From an uncultured delta proteobacterium (GTDB taxonomy: Bacteria > Desulfobacterota > Desulfuromonadia > Desulfuromonadales > BM103): DNA of 64,000 bases. The stretch lies in NCBI GenBank assembly GCA_963715335.1, contig CAVQRZ010000025.1:32001-96000 (forward strand), read 5' to 3'. The position numbers and the translations under genes are program-made. A model generated the notes under the pieces. The model did not search any database and was not told the DNA's origin. It was given only the letters and a program-made list of their open reading frames with translations. This document shows positions 44,110 to 52,444 of this stretch, one piece after another (the stretch's first letter is position 1; every line of letters begins with the position of its first letter).

Positions 44110-44749
44110 AAAACTTGCCATACATCAGTTGAGCGTCGGGCCGCTGCAGGTTAACTGCTTTGTTGTCTCCTGCACTAAAACCGGCGAGACGATGATCGTC
44201 GATCCCGGTGAAGAGGGGGAAAGAATCCTGTATTTTACCGAGAAAGAAAGCTTGAATATTCGCAAAGTTGTCAATACCCATGGACATTTTGATCATATTG
44301 GTGCCAATCGGAAAGTAGTTGAAAGCTCTGGCGCTGAATTGATGATCCATGCTGGGGACCTGCCATTTCTGCAGAATGCCAGGAGCCATGCCGAAGTTTA
44401 CGGCTTGTCTGTTGCCGCCTCACCGGAACCGGATCGGCTGCTTGAACAGGGAGATACTTTTCAGGTCGGAGAACTTTCCTTCAGCGTGCTTCATGTACCG
44501 GGACATTCTCCAGGCGGCATCTGCCTTTTCGGTGAGGGACACCTGTTCGTCGGTGACGTTCTTTTCTCCGGATCGATAGGTAGGACAGATCTGCCGGGTG
44601 GCGATTTTGACTCACTGGTCAAAGGTGTTCGCGAGCGTCTGTTCGCTTTGCCTGACGAGACAATTGTCCACCCTGGCCACGGTCCGGATACCACGATCGG
44701 TCGTGAGCGGCAGATGAACCCTTTTGTCGGTGATGCCGCATTTCTTTAA
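44102..44749 (+). CDS. MBL-fold metallo-hydrolase (glyoxalase II-like)
   Basis: THGHFDHIG, PGHSPG, GD.LF.GSIGRTD, PGHG. Confidence 0.93.
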   Translation: MSEKLAIHQLSVGPLQVNCFVVSCTKTGETMIVDPGEEGERILYFTEKESLNIRKVVNTHGHFDHIGANRKVVESSGAELMIHAGDLPFLQNARSHAEVYGLSVAASPEPDRLLEQGDTFQVGELSFSVLHVPGHSPGGICLFGEGHLFVGDVLFSGSIGRTDLPGGDFDSLVKGVRERLFALPDETIVHPGHGPDTTIGRERQMNPFVGDAAFL

Positions 44750-44766
44750 GTTGACTGGAGAAGGTC

Positions 44767-45966
44767 GTGCTGCAAGGTAAATCTGTCATATTGGGCGTAA
44801 CCGGAGGCATTGCAGTCTACAAGGCTGTCGAGTTGTTGCGCCTGATGGTCAAGGCCGGCGCTGATGTTAACGTGATCATGACGCGCAGTGCCCAGGAATT
44901 TGTGACTCCGTTGACATTCCAGACCCTGTCCGGAAACCCTGTTCACACGGAATTGTTCAATCTCATCCAGGAACAGGAGATCGGTCATATCTCTTTGGCT
45001 GACAGCGCCGATCTTGTGTTGATTGCTCCCGCTACGGCCAATTTTGTCGGTAAGGTAGCAAACGGCATTGCTGACGACCTGCTCTCCACAACGGTTATGG
45101 CAACCAAGGCAAAGGTCCTCTTCGTCCCGGCGATGAATACCAATATGTGGGAGAACCCGCTCTACCGGGAGAACCAGAAACATCTCGAAGAGCTGGGTTA
45201 CCATTTCGTTGAACCGGTCTATGGTGACTTGGCCTGCGGCTGGCAGGGCCAGGGCAAGATGCCGGATCCCCAGGTTGTTTTCAATTCGGTCCATGCCCTC
45301 GTCGGCAGTAGGGACTTCGTCGGCAAGACGTTTCTGGTGACTGCCGGGCCGACACGTGAAGAGCTTGATCCAGTCCGCTTTCTCAGCAACTATTCGTCCG
45401 GCAAGATGGGTTTCGCGATTGCCGGTGCAGCACGCGATCGTGGGGCCAGGGTTATTCTGATTTCGGGGCCGGTCAATCTGCATGACCCAAAGGGTGTTGA
45501 GACGATTCACGTCACCAGTGCACAAGAGATGTATCGGCAGGTAATGGACAAGGTCTCTGAGGCCGATGTCATCATCAAGGCAGCTGCTGTTGCTGATTTC
45601 CGACCGGTGGAACGGAGCGCGCAGAAAACCAAGAAAGGTGATACCGAAACCATGGCGATCGAGTTGCAACGCAATCCGGACATTCTGGCCGAACTCGGTC
45701 GGCAGAAAGGCTCACGCATCCTGGTCGGCTTCGCTGCCGAAACCGAAGGCCTGCTGCAACATGCCCGTGAAAAGTTGCAGAAAAAGAACCTGGATATGAT
45801 TGTTGCAAACGATGTGACCCAGGACGGAGCGGGCTTTGATGGCGAAACGAATATCGTCCGTTTGCTGATGTCGGATGGCCAGGTGGAAGAGTTGCCCCTG
45901 ATGACCAAGGTCGAGGTGGCGGAAAGCCTGCTTGACAGGATTGTGAAACTGATACCGAAAAGTTGA
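44767..45966 (+). CDS. coaBC: Bifunctional PPC decarboxylase/synthetase
   Basis: GVTGGIA.YK, APATAN, PAMN..MW, TAGPT.E.LDPVR..SN.SSGKMG, GFAAET. Confidence 0.98.
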   Translation: MLQGKSVILGVTGGIAVYKAVELLRLMVKAGADVNVIMTRSAQEFVTPLTFQTLSGNPVHTELFNLIQEQEIGHISLADSADLVLIAPATANFVGKVANGIADDLLSTTVMATKAKVLFVPAMNTNMWENPLYRENQKHLEELGYHFVEPVYGDLACGWQGQGKMPDPQVVFNSVHALVGSRDFVGKTFLVTAGPTREELDPVRFLSNYSSGKMGFAIAGAARDRGARVILISGPVNLHDPKGVETIHVTSAQEMYRQVMDKVSEADVIIKAAAVADFRPVERSAQKTKKGDTETMAIELQRNPDILAELGRQKGSRILVGFAAETEGLLQHAREKLQKKNLDMIVANDVTQDGAGFDGETNIVRLLMSDGQVEELPLMTKVEVAESLLDRIVKLIPKS

Positions 45967-45972
45967 TCCGGA

Positions 45973-46893
45973 TCAGGCTGCGGAGAGCAGGGTCAGGAGG
46001 TCCTCCGGCTGACAGATCCCTTCCTTGAACCTGATTTTGATGACTGCAATCATCTCGTCGGCGTCTTGGTCGCGTAGCTTGCCATCAAGCCAGAGAGTGT
46101 TCAGGTTCTTGCGGATCATGTTGGCTGAATTCAGGGCACGCTCTCCGGTCGGATCGGCGTTCCGGTAGGGGCTGTTCTCCGGGTCCTGCAAAAAACTCAA
46201 GGTCGCTTCAGTGGTCAGCCCCAGGTACTCTTTCTGATCTTCTGCCGTAATCGCCCACTTCGATGTATTGGCCAGTGAACGCAGAACCTTTTGATACTGC
46301 TGCAGACGGTTCAGAAGCAGAAGTGAATTAAACAGCTTTTTGTTGGTTCCGAAGGAAAAGATTGTGTCAGCCAGGATATTGCGCATGAGCTTGTCGTTGT
46401 CGGTAAAGTCTTTGCGCCCGATCGATCTGGCCAGCGGCCAAACTTCCGGAGCCACGTGGGCTTCAAAGCGCATTTCCCAGTAGGCGTGTTTGAGTAGCAT
46501 CGTGTTGTAGGTGCGGATCAGATTGTAAGGCACGAAGTAAGAATGAGCCACGGTGTCGGAGGCAAGGTGACTCAGGTAGCCATAGGCACATGCCCGCTGG
46601 CTGTCAGTTGCAGCCTTGTTGAGGATTTTGAGGCCCATCCGCCACGAGTGACAGTGCTTGAGATAATGGGTGTATTTTTTACCCAGAGTGATGTCGGCGC
46701 TGATACAGCCGTACAGATAGTCTTTCGGATGTGCCGCGAGTATGGCGCGAAGAGCTTCCGGAAGCTGGGCCAGGTTGTCGAGAATCCAGGTGCCGGTCTG
46801 CAGATGAACGCCGATCCCCCAGGCCAGGGCATCGGACGGGAAAAGCAGCATGACAAGGACACATGTCAAGGTAGCAGAGAACAACCATTTCAT
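45973..46893 (-). CDS. Zinc-dependent phospholipase C family protein, signal peptide
   Basis: Signal peptide ending DALA then W-G..-H, D and H ligands (H.H, GYLSHLASD.VAH, H.YWE); start set at ATG 46893. Confidence 0.8.
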   Translation of the reverse strand: MKWLFSATLTCVLVMLLFPSDALAWGIGVHLQTGTWILDNLAQLPEALRAILAAHPKDYLYGCISADITLGKKYTHYLKHCHSWRMGLKILNKAATDSQRACAYGYLSHLASDTVAHSYFVPYNLIRTYNTMLLKHAYWEMRFEAHVAPEVWPLARSIGRKDFTDNDKLMRNILADTIFSFGTNKKLFNSLLLLNRLQQYQKVLRSLANTSKWAITAEDQKEYLGLTTEATLSFLQDPENSPYRNADPTGERALNSANMIRKNLNTLWLDGKLRDQDADEMIAVIKIRFKEGICQPEDLLTLLSAA

Positions 46894-46955
46894 CGGATAA
46901 TTGTACCGTCCTTTCATTGAATAATATACTTTCTGCGGGAGTTTTGTCAGTAAAT

Positions 46956-47669
46956 ATGCCTGAGCAGTTATTAAATGATATTCGCACGGCCCTGGCTTCA
47001 GCCCGCAGCCAACTCGAGTACCTCGCCGATCTCGGTGTGGAGAACCTGCGCACGGCTGCGAGCAATGCCGATCTGCCACAGGATACGGACACGAGCACCA
47101 GCCTGGGCGAAACACTCGATGCCATTCGGACTGATCTGGGAGATTGCCAGCGCTGTGGGCTCGGAGCCTCTCGTCATAAGCTGGTTTACGGCGTCGGCAA
47201 TCCGAATGCGCGTCTGGTTCTGGTTGGCGAAGCCCCGGGTCGTGAGGAAGACCAGAAGGGCGAGCCTTTTGTTGGTGAGGCGGGGCGGCTGCTCGACAGG
47301 ATTCTGCAGGCAATGGGTATGCGGCGCGATGACGTCTATATCTGCAACGTCCTGAAATGCCGTCCACCGGACAATCGGGATCCGCAACCTGATGAAGTGG
47401 CAACCTGTGAAGCCTTTCTGATCCGTCAAATAGCAGCAATTAAGCCGCAGGTGATCATAGGCCTTGGTCGATTTGCCGTACACAGCTTATTGAAGAGCAA
47501 GGTTCCAATCAGCAGGATCAGGGGCGAATGGCAAAGCTACCATGGCACTCCGCTGATGCCCACCTATCATCCGGCCTATCTGTTGCGCAATCCGGAGGGC
47601 AAGCGAGACGTCTGGGAAGATATGAAAGCAGTCCTGCGCCGTCTGACCGACGAGACAAATACTAGATGA
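46956..47669 (+). CDS. Uracil-DNA glycosylase family 4 (Fe-S)
   Basis: C..C, GEAPG..ED..G.PFVG.AG, KCRPP.NR.P, TYHPAYLLR. Confidence 0.95.
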   Translation: MPEQLLNDIRTALASARSQLEYLADLGVENLRTAASNADLPQDTDTSTSLGETLDAIRTDLGDCQRCGLGASRHKLVYGVGNPNARLVLVGEAPGREEDQKGEPFVGEAGRLLDRILQAMGMRRDDVYICNVLKCRPPDNRDPQPDEVATCEAFLIRQIAAIKPQVIIGLGRFAVHSLLKSKVPISRIRGEWQSYHGTPLMPTYHPAYLLRNPEGKRDVWEDMKAVLRRLTDETNTR

Positions 47670-48439
47670 ACTCCCGGGAGTTGCTCAAGGCAGAGGAGGT
47701 GACAGTGAGCCGGATTGGTGATGATGGCGCCCCCGAACCTGTCCTGCAAAAAACAACTCTTGGTGTGACCTCCGGTGAAATACTCACGGTGGTCGGGCCC
47801 TCTGGCAGCGGCAAGAGCACGCTGTTGCGGCTGTTTAATCGTTTGCTGGAGCCTGACAGCGGTCAGATCACGTTGTCTGGCGTGGATATCAGGACCTTCC
47901 CCCCGCCGGTGTTGCGCGCACAGATTCCCCTGGTTGCCCAGAAGCCCTATCTTTTCGCCGGCACGGTCAAAGACAATCTGTTGGCATCGGCGAGATTGCG
48001 GCGGGTTGCAGCGCCAAACCTACAGTCACCAGAGATCAAAACGCTGATAGAGATGTGCAGGATCGAGCCCTCCTGGCTGGATCGAGATGCTCGCAAGCTT
48101 TCGGTCGGTCAGCAACAGAGGATTTGTCTGTTGCGTGCCCTGATTGGCCCCTGTCAGGCGTTGTTGCTTGACGAACCGACCAGTGCTCTTGACCGTCAGA
48201 CCGGCGCTCTGATGGCGCAAACCTTCAAACTACTGGCCAGAGAAAATGGCCTGGCCATAATTCTCGTGACTCACGATCTGCAGATCGCCGAGATTTGTGC
48301 AGACCGGATTGCCTTGATGATAGGCGGTTCAGTTATCGAAGCTGGCCCTGTTGCCCAAGTCCTGAATGACCCGAAAGTCGAAGCCTCTCGCCAGTTCCTT
48401 TCAGCAACCGTGACTGATAACAGGGGCGTTGCGACATGA
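47666..48439 (+). CDS. ABC ATP-binding protein (FetA/YbbL-like)
   Basis: GPSGSGKST, LSVGQQQR, LLLDEPTSALD, VTHD; paired with a YbbM-type permease. Confidence 0.85.
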   Translation: MNSRELLKAEEVTVSRIGDDGAPEPVLQKTTLGVTSGEILTVVGPSGSGKSTLLRLFNRLLEPDSGQITLSGVDIRTFPPPVLRAQIPLVAQKPYLFAGTVKDNLLASARLRRVAAPNLQSPEIKTLIEMCRIEPSWLDRDARKLSVGQQQRICLLRALIGPCQALLLDEPTSALDRQTGALMAQTFKLLARENGLAIILVTHDLQIAEICADRIALMIGGSVIEAGPVAQVLNDPKVEASRQFLSATVTDNRGVAT

Positions 48440-49218
48440 ATCCGACGATTATCGATCTCAGCCTCTGGGACCTGGTGACCGTTTATAGCCTGTTGCTGAT
48501 GAGTATCGGTCTGGCCCACCTGCTCCGGGCCGGGCAGGGCAGGGATCTCTTCTGGTCAGGTCTGCGCATGTTTGTGCAACTGATGGTCGTTGGTTACGTC
48601 CTGCATCTGGTCTTTGCCCTGGAATCTGCATTGCCGGTTCTCCTGCTTCTGATTGTCATGACCGGATTCGCTGTCCAGACGATCGGGGCCAGGGTCGAAG
48701 CAAAGATGCCGAACTTCTATCGGGTGGTTGGCGGTGCGATGCTGTTCGGCTGTGGCGGAATGACATTCTTCTTCTGCACCCTGGTGATCGGGCTCGATCC
48801 GTGGTATGACCCACGCTACCTGATTCCGCTGGCCGGTATGGTGATCGGCAATTCCATGACCGGTGCGAGTCTGGCTGCCGAACGGTTGGTCGCCGAGTTC
48901 CGGGAACGACGAGAGGAGATCGAGACCGCCCTCTGTCTGGGCAGCAGTGTGAAGCTGGCGGCTGAACCGGCAGTCAGAAGCGCCTTCCGGGCAGCTCTGA
49001 TCCCTTCAGTCAACGCAATGGCCGCTATGGGGCTGGTGTTTCTTCCCGGTATGATGACAGGCCAGATTCTATCGGGGACCGAGCCTTTGATTGCTGTCAA
49101 GTACCAGATCGCCATCATGTGTGTCATCACCGGCAGCGTGGCCCTGACCACCTTCATAATCCTGCGGTTCGGTTACCGGTCCTATTTCACCCCTTACCAA
49201 AGTTTGCGTGAAGATTGA
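48436..49218 (+). CDS. UPF0014/YbbM (FetB-like) ABC permease
   Basis: R..VQL..VGY.L, IP.AGM.IGNSM, GLV.LPGMMTGQIL.G..P..A..YQ. Confidence 0.92.
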   Translation: MNPTIIDLSLWDLVTVYSLLLMSIGLAHLLRAGQGRDLFWSGLRMFVQLMVVGYVLHLVFALESALPVLLLLIVMTGFAVQTIGARVEAKMPNFYRVVGGAMLFGCGGMTFFFCTLVIGLDPWYDPRYLIPLAGMVIGNSMTGASLAAERLVAEFRERREEIETALCLGSSVKLAAEPAVRSAFRAALIPSVNAMAAMGLVFLPGMMTGQILSGTEPLIAVKYQIAIMCVITGSVALTTFIILRFGYRSYFTPYQSLRED

Positions 49219-49248
49219 TCTGCAAAGAGACAACAAGGAGTCAAGCTG

Positions 49249-49707
49249 ATGCGACGAAAAGACAAAGCCATGCAGGAAGGTGATATCATCGATCTGTTGC
49301 GAACCGGGGAATATGGCGTACTGTCAACGGCCGATGGGGAGAGACGCCCCTACGGAGTACCGTTGAATTATGTGTTTATGAACAGCTGCATCTATTTTCA
49401 CTGCGCGCTGGAAGGACATAAACTCGATAACCTTGCCGCAAACCATAACGTTTCCTTTTGTGTGGTCGGTCGGACCAATCTGCTGCCTGCAGAATTCAGT
49501 ACGGAATTTGAGAGCGTTATCGTCTTCGGCCGTGCTGCAGTTGTCGACGGCGAGGAAAGATATCAGGCTTTGAAAGGGCTGATTGCGAAATACTCCCCGG
49601 AGTTTGTCGCCGAGGGCGGTGCCTACATAAAAAAGTTTGACAGTCAGACTCGTGTGGTCAAGGTCGAGATCGAGCGTATGACAGGTAAAGCCAAATTGTC
49701 TGGATAG
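49249..49707 (+). CDS. Pyridoxamine 5'-phosphate oxidase-like (NimA-type) flavin-binding protein
   Basis: MRRKDK, YGVPLNY, YFHCA.EGHK, ESVI.FG, TGKA. Confidence 0.9.
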   Translation: MRRKDKAMQEGDIIDLLRTGEYGVLSTADGERRPYGVPLNYVFMNSCIYFHCALEGHKLDNLAANHNVSFCVVGRTNLLPAEFSTEFESVIVFGRAAVVDGEERYQALKGLIAKYSPEFVAEGGAYIKKFDSQTRVVKVEIERMTGKAKLSG

Positions 49708-49822
49708 GTTCGTATTGGCAACGGCCAAGAAGATTGAAAATTTCGGTATCCTTTGCACTGGAAAATGAACGGCCTGGTAAATCAATACCAGGCCGTTTGA
49801 TGTTCGGAGCCTATCGCGCGAG

Positions 49823-50647
49823 CTACTTTTTCTTTGTTGCACTGTCAGGAAGTGGCACCTGGTGCAGGTGAACGTCGCGTTGCGGGTAAGGAATTCCGAT
49901 TCCTTCAGCATCGAAGCAGGTCTTGATCTCTGCCTGCAGATCGAAATAGACGCCCCAGTAATCGGTAGAATTGACCCAGGGCCGAACGGCAAAGTTGACA
50001 CTGTTGTCGGCCAGCTCGAGGACGCCGATCGTCGGTTCCGGATCCTTGAGAATACGTGCCTCACTGGAGAGTATGTTCTGCAGCACCTTCTTTACGTGAC
50101 TCAGATCAGCGTCGTAGCTGACGCCAATTACCAGGTCGACACGCCGGGTCGGCTTGGTTGAATAGTTGATGATGTTGTCGCCGAGCAGCTTGCCGTTGGG
50201 GACGAATATCGTCTTGTTGTCGGCGGTTTTCAACTGGGTTGAGAAGATGTTGAGAGTCTCAACTATCCCGAGAACACCCGCTGCCTCGATAAAATCGCCC
50301 GCCTTGAACTGTTTAAAGATAAGAATCATGACGCCAGCGGCGAAATTGCCCAGAGAATCCTTCAGGGCGAGGCCGATCGCGAGACCCGCAGCACCGACGA
50401 TGGCGACCAGGGAAGTGGTCTGGATGCCCAGCTGGTTCAATGCCGCAATGAAGGCGATCGTAACAATAAAAGCATTGACCAGGTTGCCGACAAAACCGGT
50501 CAGGGCCTGATCGACATCATGGCGCTCCATAAGACCCTTGACCAGGTGGGCAAGCATTTTGGCTCCCCAGAAACCGGCCGCAAGAATGATGATGGCGTAG
50601 ACAATGCTGCCCAGTATGGACGCTGAAAACGATGGATCCTGCATCAT
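49823..50647 (-). CDS. mscS: Small-conductance mechanosensitive channel
   Basis: GAAGLAIGLAL..SL.NFAAG, PN......IINYS, RRVDL..GVSY, IPYPQ. Confidence 0.95.
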   Translation of the reverse strand: MMQDPSFSASILGSIVYAIIILAAGFWGAKMLAHLVKGLMERHDVDQALTGFVGNLVNAFIVTIAFIAALNQLGIQTTSLVAIVGAAGLAIGLALKDSLGNFAAGVMILIFKQFKAGDFIEAAGVLGIVETLNIFSTQLKTADNKTIFVPNGKLLGDNIINYSTKPTRRVDLVIGVSYDADLSHVKKVLQNILSSEARILKDPEPTIGVLELADNSVNFAVRPWVNSTDYWGVYFDLQAEIKTCFDAEGIGIPYPQRDVHLHQVPLPDSATKKK

Positions 50648-50693
50648 GTTGCCCTCCAGATAGTTGATTTGAATTGCTGTGATACGCTCATTA

Positions 50694-52094
50694 CTACATA
50701 CCGTAACGCTTGATTTTTTCAACCAGCGTCGTGCGATTTATCTTCAGCAGCGACGCGGCGCGCGCCTTTATGCTGTGCGACTTGTCCATGGCCTGCTGAA
50801 TAAGATTTTTTTCCAGAGATGCGATTGTTTCCATCAGGTCAAGGCCTTCTTCAGGGATACGCAGGACGGGCAGGTGCCCCTTCTCGTCGAGAGTCCCGGC
50901 GATCTGCGGTGGCAGGTCTTGCCGGTCGATGACCTCTCCGTCTGTCAACGCGACAGCCCTTTCGATCACGTTTTCCATTTCACGAACATTGCCGGGCCAG
51001 CCGTAGCTTTCCATTGCTTGCAGTGCCTCGGATGTCAACTCACACATGGGGTGGCGCATGTCTGCGCATATTTTGCGGAGGAAGTGCCTGGCCAGCAAGG
51101 CAATGTCTTCATGGCGTTCCCGCAAGGGGGGGAGGTGAATGGGAATAACGTTCAGCCGATAGAAGAGATCTTCCCGGAACTCGGCACGTCGTACGCGTTC
51201 ATCCAGATCGGAATTTGTTGCCGAGATGACCCGGACGTCAAGCTTGGTTTTACGTATGGAGCCGACCCGTTCCACTTCCTGTTCCTGTAGCACTCGCAGC
51301 AGCTTCATCTGCAGGTGGAGGGGCATCGTGCCTATCTCATCAAGGAAAATCGTCCCACGGTTAGCCAGTTCGAACTTGCCAGGTTTATCGGCGACCGCAC
51401 CTGTAAATGAGCCTCGCACATGGCCGAACAACTCGCTTTCCAGCAGTTCTGAGGGGATTGCTCCACAATTGATTGTGATAAAGGGCTTTTCTTTGCGCGA
51501 CCCGTTGAAGTGGATGGCTCGGGCAACCAGCTCCTTGCCGGTCCCTGATTCACCAAGGATGAGTACGGTTGAGTCGGTATGCAGAATTTTTTCCATGCGG
51601 GAAAAAACCGGCTGGATGGCCGGGCTGTTGCCGATTATGTTGTCAAACTTGTACTTGCCGCGCAATTGCTGGCGTAGGTAGAGGTTTTCGGCAACCAGTC
51701 TGGTTTTTTCAACGGCTTTGGCGACCAGGGTTTTCAGTTTGTCGAAGTTGACGGGCTTGATGATGTAGTCAAAGGCCCCTTCCTTCATCGCCTCGACAGC
51801 TGTTTCGGCGGTCGCGTTGCCGGTAATCAGGATTACGTTGCAGGGGAGGAGCTGCTCCTTGACGTGTTTGAGAATCTCGATGCCGCTCACTCCGGGGAGG
51901 AAAAGATCGGTGATAACAGCATCATAAGTTCTTTTCGCAAGCAACCGCAGGGCCTTTTCACCATCCGAGGCAGTATCTACCTGGTAGCCTTCGTGCTCAA
52001 GGAGCAGAGACAGGCTTTCGCGACTGCCGGGCTCGTCATCTACGAAGAGGATGCGGGCGGCATGTTCCATGGGCGGCTCCGAGTCTTGCGTCAT
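50694..52094 (-). CDS. Sigma54-dependent response regulator (NtrC family)
   Basis: REC, GESGTGKE, ESELFGH..GSFTGA, FLDEI, FREDLFYRLNV, WPGNVRE, Fis HTH. Confidence 0.96.
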   Translation of the reverse strand: MTQDSEPPMEHAARILFVDDEPGSRESLSLLLEHEGYQVDTASDGEKALRLLAKRTYDAVITDLFLPGVSGIEILKHVKEQLLPCNVILITGNATAETAVEAMKEGAFDYIIKPVNFDKLKTLVAKAVEKTRLVAENLYLRQQLRGKYKFDNIIGNSPAIQPVFSRMEKILHTDSTVLILGESGTGKELVARAIHFNGSRKEKPFITINCGAIPSELLESELFGHVRGSFTGAVADKPGKFELANRGTIFLDEIGTMPLHLQMKLLRVLQEQEVERVGSIRKTKLDVRVISATNSDLDERVRRAEFREDLFYRLNVIPIHLPPLRERHEDIALLARHFLRKICADMRHPMCELTSEALQAMESYGWPGNVREMENVIERAVALTDGEVIDRQDLPPQIAGTLDEKGHLPVLRIPEEGLDLMETIASLEKNLIQQAMDKSHSIKARAASLLKINRTTLVEKIKRYGM

Positions 52095-52444
52095 GAAATT
52101 GACGATATGGGCAAACTAGCATGACGTTTAATGGGTTGCAAGGTCTTTCCTGGCTCAACCTGTGTCGTCAGAGCTCAAAATGACTGCTTTCACACGACGG
52201 GTGCCAGATACGGGAAATTCCAATGCGATGTGAGGTAAAAAATATCAGTTAATTCAGTGGCTTGAAAATAGAACAGTTTTTTGCTTGACAGTGTTCATAT
52301 CGATTTGGTTAGAATGCAGCTCGAAAAGCCTGTAAGTGTTTAATTTTGTTATAAAAGTTTATTATAACTAAATATTTTAGCGGGGCTGTTCCGGTTTTAT
52401 CTTCAATAAAATTTATTGACTGTTATCGTCCTCAAGGAGAGCGC

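Noticed and set aside
46894..47439. N-terminal 182 aa of the 488-aa minus-strand ORF
   Set aside because: It is the antisense shadow of the uracil-DNA glycosylase; the real protein begins with a signal peptide at 46893.
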